Shown here piece after piece: positions 48,271 through 58,120 of a stretch of 64,000 bases of DNA. The notes beneath the pieces were generated by a model. That model searched no databases. It had not been told where the DNA came from and was given only the letters and a program-made list of their open reading frames with translations. The stretch's first letter is position 1. Every line of letters begins with the position of its first letter. The position numbers and the translations under genes are program-made. The stretch comes from an uncultured delta proteobacterium (GTDB lineage: Bacteria; Myxococcota_A; Polyangia; Polyangiales; Polyangiaceae): contig CAVOKF010000006.1 of NCBI GenBank assembly GCA_963696385.1, positions 416,001-480,000 on the forward strand, written 5' to 3'.

Positions 48271-50913
48271 ATGGCCGATATCAGCCGCGCTGCACTCTTT
48301 GGCAAGCTCGACGAACTGGGCTACCGCGCGCTCGAGAGCGCAACGGTGTTTTGCAAGATGCGCGGCAACCCGTACGTGGAACTCGTGCACTGGCTGCATC
48401 AGATTCTTCAGCAGCCCGACTCCGACGTGCATCGAATCACCCGGCACTACGAGCTCGATGCGGCCAAGGTGGCTCGCGATCTGCTCGAGGCGCTGGATCG
48501 TTTGCCGCGCGGTGCGACCTCGGTCAGCGACATCTCCGTCCACATCGAGGAAGCCGTCGAGCGAGGATGGCTTTATGCGAGCCTGAAATACAATCAGCCT
48601 CGCGTCCGCACCGGACACGCGATCGTGGGGTTACTCAAGACGTCGACTCTACGCCATGCGCTGACTGCGATCTCGCGGGAATTCTCGAAGGTCGGAGGCG
48701 ACGACCTCACCGAGCGTTTGGCCGGGATCACCGCCGGGTCTCCGGAGGAGAGGGGCTCGGGCGCGGTGGCTGCGTCTGGGGGTACCGAGCCGATCGCGCC
48801 CGCCGCTCTGGGACGGCAAGATGCCCTCGCCAAGTTCTCGGTCGACCTCACCGAGCGCGCGCGAAGCAAGGGGCTCGACCCGATCGTAGGGCGCGACGAG
48901 GAGATTCGTCAGATCGTCCACGTCCTGATGCGGCGCAGGCAGAACAACCCCATCTTGACGGGGGACGCGGGTGTCGGAAAGACGGCCGTCGTCGAAGGAC
49001 TGGCGCATCGGATCGCCTCCGGCGACGTCCCGCCCGCGCTCAAGGACGTTTCGCTTCGATCGCTCGATCTCGGGTTGTTGCAGGCCGGGGCGGGCGCGAA
49101 AGGTGAATTCGAGAACCGACTCCGGCAGGTCATCGAAGAAGTACAGGCTTCGCCCAAGCCCATTATCCTGTTCATCGACGAAGCCCACACGCTCATCGGC
49201 GCGGGGGGAGCCGCCGGAACCGGTGACGCCGCGAACCTGCTGAAGCCGGCGCTGGCGCGCGGCACACTCCGCACGATCGCCGCGACGACCTGGGCCGAGT
49301 ACAAGAAGCACATCGAGAAGGACCCTGCGCTGACGCGGCGTTTTCAGGTGGTGCACATCCAGGAGCCCTCGGAAGAAAAGGCCGTTTTGATGATGCGCGG
49401 CGTCGCAGGCGCGATGCAAGCCCATCACAAGGTCGAACTGCTCGAAGAAGCCATTCGCGGGGCCGTCTCTCTCGCGAAGCGGTATATCCCGGACCGCCAA
49501 CTGCCGGACAAGGCGGTGAGCCTGCTCGACACGGCCTGTGCCCGAGTCGCCATCAGCCAGCACGCTGTTCCGCCGTCGGTCGAAGACGCGCGCCGGGCCA
49601 TCGAGTCGCTCGAACTCGAGCTGTCCCTCATCTCGAGCGAAGAGACCGTCGGAATGGACACCGGGAACCGGCGGGCCAAAGCCGAACAGGCGCTCTCGGA
49701 GGTTCGCGACCGTTTGGCCGGGCTCGAGACTCGTTGGACGCGGGAACTGGGGTTGGTCGAGCGACTTCGCGGCTTGCGCGACGAGCTGCGCCGCCAGGCG
49801 GGGCGTGACGGTCCGGTCGAAGGCGATGGGCGCGGGCGCTTCGAAGCCCTCGCGTCGGTCGAACGGGAGCTCCATGCCCTTCAGGGAGAGCACCCGCTCG
49901 TCATGCCGCTGGTCGACGAGCAAGCCGTCGCCACGGTCGTGTCCGACTGGACCGGTATCCCCGTGGGTCGCATGGTTCGAAACGAGATCGAAACCGTGCT
50001 CGGGCTGACGCCGATCCTCGCTCGCCGCGTGATCGGGCAAGACCACGCGCTCGAGCTCGTCTCCAAGCGGATCCAAACGGCGCGGGCCGGCCTGGAGAAC
50101 CCGAACAAGCCCATCGGGGTGTTCTTGCTGGTGGGACCCTCGGGCGTCGGCAAGACGGAGACGGCGCTGGCGATCGCGGAGGCGCTTTACGGAGGCGAGC
50201 AGAACGTCATCACGATCAACATGAGCGAGTTCCAGGAGGCGCACACCGTGTCGACTCTCAAGGGCGCGCCTCCCGGCTACGTGGGTTACGGGGAAGGGGG
50301 TGTCTTGACGGAAGCCGTTCGGCGCCGCCCTTACAGCGTGGTCCTTCTCGACGAAGTGGAGAAGGCCCATCCGGACGTGCACGAGCTTTTCTTTCAAGTC
50401 TTCGACAAGGGCTGGATGGAAGACGGGCAGGGCACCCGGGTCGACTTCAAGAACACGATCATCCTGCTGACGTCCAACGCGGGAAGCGAGGTCTTGATGG
50501 GCCTGTGCGAGGGGGGGCGGACCGCCCCTCCGGAGGCCGAGCTTCAGGCGGCCATTCGGCCAGCGCTACTGCACGTCTTCCCGGCCGCGCTCATCGGACG
50601 CATGTCGGTCATTCCCTATTACCCCTTGAGCGACGCGATGTTGGGCCGGATCGTTCGTCTTCAGCTCGACCGCATCCAGGCCCGCGTTCGGCAGCAGTAC
50701 GACGTGCCCTTCGTCTACGACCAGAGCGTCGTGGATCTGGTCACGAGCCGTTGCACGGAGGTGGAGAGCGGGGGGCGCATGATTGACGCGGTGCTTACGA
50801 GTTCGCTTTTGCCCCAACTCAGCCGTGAACTGCTTGGTCGTCGCCTCGACGGCGTCGCCGTGACCAAGGTCGAGGTCACGGCGGCCGACGGACAGTTCTC
50901 ATTTGCCCTTTAG
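48271..50913 (+). CDS. tssH: T6SS ATPase ClpV
   Basis: RGNPYVELVHW; two AAA+ modules (GVGKTA; GPSGVGKTE; PPGYVGYGEGG). Confidence 0.96.
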   Translation: MADISRAALFGKLDELGYRALESATVFCKMRGNPYVELVHWLHQILQQPDSDVHRITRHYELDAAKVARDLLEALDRLPRGATSVSDISVHIEEAVERGWLYASLKYNQPRVRTGHAIVGLLKTSTLRHALTAISREFSKVGGDDLTERLAGITAGSPEERGSGAVAASGGTEPIAPAALGRQDALAKFSVDLTERARSKGLDPIVGRDEEIRQIVHVLMRRRQNNPILTGDAGVGKTAVVEGLAHRIASGDVPPALKDVSLRSLDLGLLQAGAGAKGEFENRLRQVIEEVQASPKPIILFIDEAHTLIGAGGAAGTGDAANLLKPALARGTLRTIAATTWAEYKKHIEKDPALTRRFQVVHIQEPSEEKAVLMMRGVAGAMQAHHKVELLEEAIRGAVSLAKRYIPDRQLPDKAVSLLDTACARVAISQHAVPPSVEDARRAIESLELELSLISSEETVGMDTGNRRAKAEQALSEVRDRLAGLETRWTRELGLVERLRGLRDELRRQAGRDGPVEGDGRGRFEALASVERELHALQGEHPLVMPLVDEQAVATVVSDWTGIPVGRMVRNEIETVLGLTPILARRVIGQDHALELVSKRIQTARAGLENPNKPIGVFLLVGPSGVGKTETALAIAEALYGGEQNVITINMSEFQEAHTVSTLKGAPPGYVGYGEGGVLTEAVRRRPYSVVLLDEVEKAHPDVHELFFQVFDKGWMEDGQGTRVDFKNTIILLTSNAGSEVLMGLCEGGRTAPPEAELQAAIRPALLHVFPAALIGRMSVIPYYPLSDAMLGRIVRLQLDRIQARVRQQYDVPFVYDQSVVDLVTSRCTEVESGGRMIDAVLTSSLLPQLSRELLGRRLDGVAVTKVEVTAADGQFSFAL

Positions 50914-51087
50914 CCCACCGGGTAGCGGTACGCGTGCTCCTGTCCGGAACCGCCGGAGCGCGATCGCGAGTCGCTGCCTGCCGATCAGGGACCCGGTCCG
51001 AGAGGGTCTGACCGGGCCGAGTCGCGGTCGTGCTCGCCGCCGCGATCCGGCGAGGCCGCAAATCGGGTGATCGCGGCCGTAAACGGC

Positions 51088-51579
51088 TCAGCCCTGACTC
51101 CAGTAACCCTCCTGCCATTGCCACTGCTGCCCGTCCCAGACCCACTGGGGTGCGATCCAGACCCAGCCCGGATATTCCGGGGTGACCCACCACGGTCCGT
51201 TGATCCAAATCCAACCGTTGCCGCCCCATCCCCAGCAGCCGCGGCCCCAATACGGGTGCGTCCACGCGCGTCCCGGCCCAAGGTAGACGCGTCCAGGTCC
51301 GCGACCCGCGAACGCGCCGCCGAAGTGGCCTCCAACTCCGCCAAAGTGGCCTCCGGCGCCACCGAAGTGGCCTCCGGCACCGCCCCCGCCGAAGTGGCCT
51401 CCGCCGCCGCCGCCCCCGCCGAAGTGGCCACCGGCCGAATGCCCGCCGCCCCCGCCTCCGTGCCCACCGCCCCCGCCTCCGTGCCCACCGCCGCCACCCC
51501 CTCCTCGCGCGAACGCCGTCGCTGGGGCCAACCCGATCGTCAGTGCAGCCACGAGAGGAATCACTTTCCCTCGAAACAT
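51088..51579 (-). CDS. Secreted Gly/His-rich protein with Trp-rich (YXWGXW-like) C-terminus
   Basis: Signal peptide ending AFA|R; GGHFGG repeats; WVW...W.W.EGYW. Confidence 0.7.
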   Translation of the reverse strand: MFRGKVIPLVAALTIGLAPATAFARGGGGGGGHGGGGGGHGGGGGGHSAGGHFGGGGGGGGHFGGGGAGGHFGGAGGHFGGVGGHFGGAFAGRGPGRVYLGPGRAWTHPYWGRGCWGWGGNGWIWINGPWWVTPEYPGWVWIAPQWVWDGQQWQWQEGYWSQG

Positions 51580-51703
51580 GGGCCAAGCCTTTCGCAGAAC
51601 GGAGAACAACGCCTCACTACACGTAACGCAAGGTTCGTTCCGCGCAAGGAGCAGACACCCAACCGCAGGATTCGCTTTGCAGCCGCACCGGGATTTTGCC
51701 TGC

Positions 51704-51876
51704 AAACGGATTTCCTGCACAGGCACGGCGGGGACGAATTGCGCCGGCGACGGCGGAGGGTCGATCCGGGTTGCCCCAGCGACCGGTCGAAAAACGCATT
51801 TCCTGCACAGCCACGGCGGCGACGAGTTGCGCCGGCGCCGGCGGCGGGTCGATCCGGACTGCCCAGGGACCGGCCG
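51704..51876. repeat. Imperfect tandem duplication, period 88 bp, intergenic
   Basis: AAACG(G/C)ATTTCCTGCACAG...TTGCGCCGGCG...GGGTCGATCCGG...GACCGG at 51704 and 51792. Confidence 0.85.
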
Positions 51877-51941
51877 CTCTCGGGGCGACGGAGTCATCAA
51901 ATGTGGTCCCGGTACGGTCGAACTGTAGCATTCTCAGGGCC

Positions 51942-52871
51942 ATGGCGTGCTTGCGTCACACATCGACCGGTGCGCTCTCGATCCTCGAGGCCGAGCATCT
52001 CGTCGGGCGCTCGCCGCTCGCGATGCTTCGATGCGACGAGCCGTACGTGTCGATGACGCATGCGTCGATTCGGTGGACGGGGTCGGGTTGGGAGCTCAAG
52101 GATCTCGGCAGCCGAAATGGGACCAGCGTTGGCGGCGTCCTCATCAAGGCCGGTCAGGCGTGCCCGATCGTCCGAGGCGATCGGGTCTCGTTCGGCAGTC
52201 CGGATCAGACCTGGGAAGTCCTCGAGGACGCCCCGCCGCGCGTGATGGTCTTTCCGTTGGCGTGGCCGCATGAGCCGCTGTTCATCGACACGGACATCTT
52301 GCCTCTTCCGTCACCGGATGATCCGAGGCACACGGTGTTCCAGGGAGCCGACGGGGGCTGGTACCTCGAACGCGAAGACGGGATCGTCCCGCTGTCCTCG
52401 CAGCTCGTCTTCGAGTGCGGCGGTCAGCGCTACCGCTTTTCCTGTCCAGACGTCTCGCCGGATACGTCATCGGTCGCCTTGCCGCTTGGGGCCAGTCCGA
52501 CTCTCGCGGAGATCCGGCTCGTGTTCCGGGTCTCGACCGACGAAGAGCACGTCGAGCTCGTGATGCACGGCACCGCGGGGCCGGTCGATCTCGGTGCTCG
52601 GGGCCACAACTATCTGCTGCTTCTCTTGGCGCGCCAGCGATTGGCCGACGCCGGGCAGAACCTGCCCAGCGGCACATGCGGATGGGTTTACCAAGACGAC
52701 CTCGTTCGTGCGCTCAAAGTTTCGCCCGAGCGGCTCAACATCGACATATTTCGCATTCGAAAGCAGTTTGCGGCCATCGGGTTGTCCGAGCCCGCGAGCA
52801 TCGTGGAGCGACGTCCGAGGACCAAGCAACTGCGGATTGGCGTGGCGTCGGTTGCCCTCGAGACGATTTGA
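51942..52871 (+). CDS. FHA-domain protein with putative C-terminal winged-HTH
   Basis: VGRS, VSMTHA, DLGSRNGT; C-terminal LL.LAR...LNIDIFRIRKQF. Confidence 0.75.
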   Translation: MACLRHTSTGALSILEAEHLVGRSPLAMLRCDEPYVSMTHASIRWTGSGWELKDLGSRNGTSVGGVLIKAGQACPIVRGDRVSFGSPDQTWEVLEDAPPRVMVFPLAWPHEPLFIDTDILPLPSPDDPRHTVFQGADGGWYLEREDGIVPLSSQLVFECGGQRYRFSCPDVSPDTSSVALPLGASPTLAEIRLVFRVSTDEEHVELVMHGTAGPVDLGARGHNYLLLLLARQRLADAGQNLPSGTCGWVYQDDLVRALKVSPERLNIDIFRIRKQFAAIGLSEPASIVERRPRTKQLRIGVASVALETI

Positions 52872-52945
52872 ATCGTCCGAACGATCCCCGCTCGGCGACG
52901 ATTCGTTCGTCGTCTTCGGGCGATGACGTACGTTGCGGCGCCGCG

Positions 52946-54409
52946 ATGCCCTTTTTGCTGACCCCCGATCGAGTGGCCCGGTACGGTTTTCGGGCCGCGT
53001 GGCTCGTCTCCTGCTCGGCCCTCGCATGCGTACTGGCCTTCGTCGTCCTCACGTTTCGCTCGCGCATTCTCGACGGCGTCGAAGGCGCCCTGCTCTTCGA
53101 CGCATCTCGCTTGCGTCAGCATCACCCTCTTTGGGTCGACCCGGCGCAAGGCGCTTGGGACTACGGCGCCGTACCCTGCCGCTACTACGTCGCCTACACG
53201 GGGGTCTGGGCTTACGTTCTGTCGCTCTTTCCCGCGGCATGGGGCGAAGTGCCCGCCCGCGCGATCGCCACGCTCTCGTGGTTCGGGCTGCTGGCCTGGA
53301 TCGTTGTGCGCTGTCGGAGCGACCGGCGCCGGACGGCGTGGGTTGCCGCCGTGTTCGTCGGTGGCGTGTACACCTCGGCGTTGTTCGGCTCGGCCGGCCG
53401 GCCCGACGCCCCCGCTTTGTTGCTGAGCGCGGTCGCGTTGGAGCGCTCCGTCCGTCGCGATCGGGTGGGATTCGTCGACGGCGCTCTGTTCGCGCTTGCG
53501 GCATTCATCAAACCGAACGTGCTGGGGCTTTCGAGTGGCGCCTTCTTGGGCGAGCTGTGGCTTCGCCGAGGACGCGCGGCGCCGGCCGTGTTGGGGGGGG
53601 CCGCGGCGACCGGCGGACTCGCTTGGGCGCTGGGTCGTGCGAGCGGCGGGCAGTGGTGGGTGCACGTGATGCGCGCCAACTACGGTGCGATGCGTTTCTC
53701 GTTCTGGATCGAGCAGTTGGCGTCGGGGTTGCAGTTTTTCGGGCTGCCTCTCGCGTTCACCGCGTACTGCGCGTGGCGCGCCCGTGGGCAGAGGGGCGTG
53801 CCGCGGACGATCTTCGCTCTCGGCAGCAGCGCCGCGTGGGCGATCGTCACGATCGCCAAGGCGGGAGGTACGCGAAATTACTGGATGGAACCGTGCATCG
53901 CGGCCGTCTTGGTCTTCTCGTACGCGCCCGTGCCGCCATGGCCCAAGGGGGCGCGTGCTCCCGCGGCCGCGCTCGCGGTCGTGCAGGCACTCTGGACCGG
54001 CGTGGCCAGCATTCGCAGCTCGCTCGAATCGATTGCGCTCGCGCCCGCCCGCCGATCGGTCGTGATGAGTGCGCGCGCGACCGTACGCGCGCAGCCGGGC
54101 GAGATCGTGCTTGGCGAAGACCCCGGCTTGGAGTGGATGCTCGACGGCCGATCGGTTCAGACCCCCATCTACATGACCGCCCTCGGATGGGAGCACCGCT
54201 ATCCCGTCGATCTCTGGATCCAGGACGTCGAACGATCCGAGGTCGTCGGGCTCGTGACCTTCGATGACATCCTCGAGCGTCCCCTGTCGGAGGTCAACGT
54301 CTCGGAGGACCTATTTTTGCCCGCGCTTCGAATCGCACTCACCCGGCGCTTCGTTCGGGTGGAGCGCGCCGCGGGCCTGTACGTCTACGCGTTGCGTGAA
54401 AGACGATGA
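52946..54409 (+). CDS. Polytopic membrane protein, GT-C glycosyltransferase-like
   Basis: About 10 TM segments, acidic first loop (DGVEG), GRPD, FIKPN. Confidence 0.55.
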   Translation: MPFLLTPDRVARYGFRAAWLVSCSALACVLAFVVLTFRSRILDGVEGALLFDASRLRQHHPLWVDPAQGAWDYGAVPCRYYVAYTGVWAYVLSLFPAAWGEVPARAIATLSWFGLLAWIVVRCRSDRRRTAWVAAVFVGGVYTSALFGSAGRPDAPALLLSAVALERSVRRDRVGFVDGALFALAAFIKPNVLGLSSGAFLGELWLRRGRAAPAVLGGAAATGGLAWALGRASGGQWWVHVMRANYGAMRFSFWIEQLASGLQFFGLPLAFTAYCAWRARGQRGVPRTIFALGSSAAWAIVTIAKAGGTRNYWMEPCIAAVLVFSYAPVPPWPKGARAPAAALAVVQALWTGVASIRSSLESIALAPARRSVVMSARATVRAQPGEIVLGEDPGLEWMLDGRSVQTPIYMTALGWEHRYPVDLWIQDVERSEVVGLVTFDDILERPLSEVNVSEDLFLPALRIALTRRFVRVERAAGLYVYALRERR

Positions 54410-56430
54410 CGTCGAAACGCCGTCCGATGAAGCGACCGTCCGCGGCGCCCTCGGCCGTCTCCGGGGGGACGCATCCGGTGGGGCTCGTCCTGGCGGCCGT
54501 CGGGCGAGTCCGGTCCCATGGGCGTTCGCCTCTGGCGTGGGTCATCCTCGTCGCGTTGGGGCTCCGCGTCGTCGGCCTCACCTGGGGGTTGCCCGCCTCC
54601 GATGGGTGGGACAACGACGGCGTCGCCCCGCGCGATTTTTTCCCCGGACTGATCGAGTCGTTCACCCCCGGCCACTATTTCACGTATCCCCCAGCGCACC
54701 TGGCGATCCTGTCCTTCTTGGTCCTTCCGGTCGCGCTCGTCCTCATCGGACGCGCCCCGTCGCTCGCGCCCCACGACGTCATCGGCGAGGCGATTCACGT
54801 GCCGTACATGACGCTGTTCGCCATGACGGGTCGCGTCGTCGGCGCGATCCTGTCGCTCGGCATCATTTACGCGGTCGCCAAGATCGCTGAAGCCATCGCG
54901 GGCCGTCGGGCGGGGCTGTGCGCGGGGGCGGTTTGCGCTGTGAATGTCGGTTTGACGTATTACGGACACACCACCAACCTCGACGTCCCGTCCCTGTTTT
55001 GGGCGACGCTCGCGCTCCTCGCGCTCTGTCTGGCCCTGACGCGTCGCGAGCCCGCTCGTCTGCGCGCTTTCGCTCTGTTCGCGGCTGTTTCGGTGGCGAC
55101 CAAAGACCAGGCGTACGCCGTCTTCGTCCTCGCGGTGCCATGTGCCATCGGGCTGTGGATCGCCCTCGACGATTGGGCGAGGCACAACGTCGGGCCCCTC
55201 GCTCGGCAGTCGGGTTGGGCCATCGGCATCGGCCTGGCGACGATCCTCGTTTGCGATGGGATCCTCGTGAATCCGACCGGCTTCGCCGCCCGAATCCGTT
55301 ATTTGACCGGTCCCGCGAGTCAGCCCTACGCCTATTACTCCGCCGACGCCTGGGGCTTGTGCCTGGTCGTATTCGACAGCGTGAAAAACTTTGGCGAGGC
55401 CTACCCGTGGCTTTTGGCACCCCTGGCCGGCGCGGGTCTCGTCTGCGCCGGTCGTGTGCGTGACCCGGCCCGGCGCGCCGCTGCGTTCGTGCCTCTCGCG
55501 GCCATCGCCTCGTTTACGTTGTTCTTCAATTGCGTCGCGCGGCGGACCGAGCACCGCTTCCTCATGCCGCAGATGGTGCTTTGGGCCGTGTACGCGGGCC
55601 TCGGACTGGACGGGTGGCTCACCGTGGCGCGGCCGCGCCTCGTCGCGCGGTTGGCGATCGTCGCGACGTTTGCATGGGCCTTGTTCCGATGCGCGGACGT
55701 CGACGCCAACCTTCTTTTGGACCCGCGCTACGACGCCGAAAAGTGGCTTAGGGCCCACGTCGCGCCCGGCGACAGCCTCGAGGTGCACGGATACAACGTC
55801 TATCTGCCGAGATTGCCGCCGCAGGCGGTGGTCTTCCGGGTGGGCCCGGAGCCGCTCTCCGGACGGAACCCGCTGCCCGGGGTGGTCGAGGTAGAGGATT
55901 CGTTGAGCGACGTGGCGGCGCGGGATCCACGTTGGATCGTGGTGTCCGAGGGATGGGCGGGCCACGTCCTGTCCCACGCGCGCCCCCTTCCGGGGGCGCA
56001 CGGCCGAATATTCGCTCGCACCGAGATCGCCAGTGCCGGCGACGTCGATGCGACATCCTTCTTGCAAGGTCTGTTCGACGGGCGTCTCGGGTACTCGACG
56101 GCGCACGTGTCGGCCTGGAAGAGCCGCGTGTGGCCGCGCCTCGATATTCACGGTTCTCTGGCGCCGACCGTGTGGATCTTCGAGCGTGCGGGCGGTCGAA
56201 CGACCCGTGCCGACCCTGCAACGGGAGGTAACCCCCGCGCCGCGGGCGACCCAGTTCAACGGGGCGCTCTACTCAGGGGCTTTTGCCGAAGCGCGCGAGC
56301 ACGTAGTAGCGGCCCGGACCGAACCGCACCGACTCCGCCCCCCGAAGCGTGGCGTCGTCGAGCGGTTCGACGTGGAACGCGCGAAGATAGCGGCGGAAGC
56401 CTCGAGCGAGCGGCCCAGCTAGTCCGGTGA
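54406..56430 (+). CDS. GT-C (ArnT/PMT-like) membrane glycosyltransferase
   Basis: WGLP..WDND loop, YPP, NLDVP, ATK, RFLMP; 3' end uncertain because it overlaps btaB. Confidence 0.65.
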   Translation: MTSKRRPMKRPSAAPSAVSGGTHPVGLVLAAVGRVRSHGRSPLAWVILVALGLRVVGLTWGLPASDGWDNDGVAPRDFFPGLIESFTPGHYFTYPPAHLAILSFLVLPVALVLIGRAPSLAPHDVIGEAIHVPYMTLFAMTGRVVGAILSLGIIYAVAKIAEAIAGRRAGLCAGAVCAVNVGLTYYGHTTNLDVPSLFWATLALLALCLALTRREPARLRAFALFAAVSVATKDQAYAVFVLAVPCAIGLWIALDDWARHNVGPLARQSGWAIGIGLATILVCDGILVNPTGFAARIRYLTGPASQPYAYYSADAWGLCLVVFDSVKNFGEAYPWLLAPLAGAGLVCAGRVRDPARRAAAFVPLAAIASFTLFFNCVARRTEHRFLMPQMVLWAVYAGLGLDGWLTVARPRLVARLAIVATFAWALFRCADVDANLLLDPRYDAEKWLRAHVAPGDSLEVHGYNVYLPRLPPQAVVFRVGPEPLSGRNPLPGVVEVEDSLSDVAARDPRWIVVSEGWAGHVLSHARPLPGAHGRIFARTEIASAGDVDATSFLQGLFDGRLGYSTAHVSAWKSRVWPRLDIHGSLAPTVWIFERAGGRTTRADPATGGNPRAAGDPVQRGALLRGFCRSARARSSGPDRTAPTPPPEAWRRRAVRRGTREDSGGSLERAAQLVR

Positions 56431-56887
56431 GATCGCCGAAGTCCACGACGACCACTTCACCCGCATCGGATAGCGCGCGGCGGGCGTTTGCGAGCGCCCG
56501 GGACCGATCCTTGACCATCGAAAGGCAATACGAAAAAAGAACGCGATCGGGGGCCGCCCCCAGGACGTCGTGCAACGGCGCATCCTCCGCGAACCCGTGC
56601 TCGAGCCGGGCCCATGGGCAGCGCCGACGTGCGTGGTCGAGCATCGCGTCGGATGCCTCGATGCCCGCCAGATGGGCGTCGGGCCGCGCCCGATGAATTC
56701 GGGCGAGGTTGCGACCGGTGCCGGGTCCGATCTCGATCAGGCGCTCCCAGCGGCGGTCATCGGCGAGCTCTTGGAGCGCGACGTCGCGGCCAAACAGATA
56801 GTACTTGCGTGTTGCATCGTAAAAAAATCGCGACGGTCCGTAGTATCGATTGAGAAACGCCCGGTGTTCGGCGCGGACGTCGCTCAA
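56273..56887 (-). CDS. btaB: SAM:diacylglyceryl-homoserine N-methyltransferase
   Basis: YDATRKYYLFGRD, EIGPGTGRNL, FSYCLSM, VVDFGD, FHVEP; TTG start overlaps the btaA stop. Confidence 0.8.
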   Translation of the reverse strand: MSDVRAEHRAFLNRYYGPSRFFYDATRKYYLFGRDVALQELADDRRWERLIEIGPGTGRNLARIHRARPDAHLAGIEASDAMLDHARRRCPWARLEHGFAEDAPLHDVLGAAPDRVLFSYCLSMVKDRSRALANARRALSDAGEVVVVDFGDLTGLAGPLARGFRRYLRAFHVEPLDDATLRGAESVRFGPGRYYVLARFGKSP

Positions 56888-58050
56888 TGCGCGACTCGAC
56901 AGAAGCTGACGCGACGGAATTGGCGCGTGCGGTCGAGCTCCGTCGCAAGCTCGGTGGCCTCGACCATCGGCTGGAAGTGTCGCCCAAGCCCGTGCCGCTC
57001 GGGCAGCGATGTCTCCTCGACCGACCGGTGCAATACGACGGATCGATCCGCGCTCGTCCGAAGTATTTCTTCGAGCAGCCGTCGTTGAACGTCGTACGGC
57101 ATCCAGTCCGGCGCATCGAGCAACGTGTAGTGCGTCCACGTTGCCGGCCCCGCCGCGCCGAGAACATCGAAAATGTTCTTGTGATGGAAGCGAACGGCGG
57201 TCTCCGCTCCCCGCGAGGTCGCGTGATGGTCGCGGCGCAAGAAGGGCGGCACGGCGTCGGGCCGCGAATGATTGAAATGGCCCGCGATGGCGGACCAGGC
57301 AAACCAGTTTCGCTCCAGATCGGTTTCCGCCACTCGCCCGAGATGCATGAGCAAGAACTCGACGATGTCGTTCAGGCCTTCGGCCCGCAACATGCGCTCG
57401 CACTGCGCATGGTTCACCCCGATCGCGACGAGGTTGAGCGGCGACCGCAACAGCGCGGAGACCCACGGCGTCCGAAAAATCGGACCGAATTGCTCCGCGA
57501 CGCGGACCTGGCGTTGCGCGACGGGTGTTGCGATGAGCGACCGCAGCCAGGCGGCATCGACCTTCGCCAGCCTCCGCAGCCCGGCGAACAACCGCGCCGT
57601 CAGTCCACGCGCGTGGAAGGAGTGCTCGAAGACCTGGTGATTGCTGCGCCAGTAGCGCTGAATCCAGCTCGGCAGCTGCCGGGTGAGGCGACCGACGATC
57701 CGTGCCGGGTCGTGATGGGTCCCGTGTCCCCACAGCCCGTAGAACTCCTCATAGCTCTCGAGCTTGCTCGCGGCCGTCGTCTTGAGGGCCGTGATCGCCA
57801 GATGGGTTCCGTTGATGTCGACCGCGTCGATGCTGCGCGGCCGGCGGCTCAGATGATTGGCGATGCCGCAGCCGGCACCCGAGATGCCCAGCACGCGCGA
57901 ATCGGGACCGACACCGAGAAAGCGCTCGTCGACCTCGGTGTCCTCGAACAGCATGTTGTAGACGAACAGGCGTTTGAACAACTGCTGGAAGGCACGGTCG
58001 GACACTCGCATCGGCGGAGACGCAGTCGAGGCGAATTGTGTGTCAATCAT
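56884..58050 (-). CDS. btaA: SAM:diacylglycerol 3-amino-3-carboxypropyl transferase (DUF3419)
   Basis: VYNMLFEDTEVD, ISGAGC, AVDINGTH, LLDAPDWM, DRT; adjacent to btaB. Confidence 0.8.
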   Translation of the reverse strand: MIDTQFASTASPPMRVSDRAFQQLFKRLFVYNMLFEDTEVDERFLGVGPDSRVLGISGAGCGIANHLSRRPRSIDAVDINGTHLAITALKTTAASKLESYEEFYGLWGHGTHHDPARIVGRLTRQLPSWIQRYWRSNHQVFEHSFHARGLTARLFAGLRRLAKVDAAWLRSLIATPVAQRQVRVAEQFGPIFRTPWVSALLRSPLNLVAIGVNHAQCERMLRAEGLNDIVEFLLMHLGRVAETDLERNWFAWSAIAGHFNHSRPDAVPPFLRRDHHATSRGAETAVRFHHKNIFDVLGAAGPATWTHYTLLDAPDWMPYDVQRRLLEEILRTSADRSVVLHRSVEETSLPERHGLGRHFQPMVEATELATELDRTRQFRRVSFCRVAH

Positions 58051-58120
58051 GTGACACTGCGGGGCCTCGCAGGTGAAACACACGACGCGACGATCGAATG
58101 GACGTCCTGGTAGATCCGGA

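Noticed and set aside
51721..51742. Sigma54 promoter inside the 88-bp repeat (GGCAC...TTGC)
   Set aside because: GG-to-GC spacing is not 10 nt.
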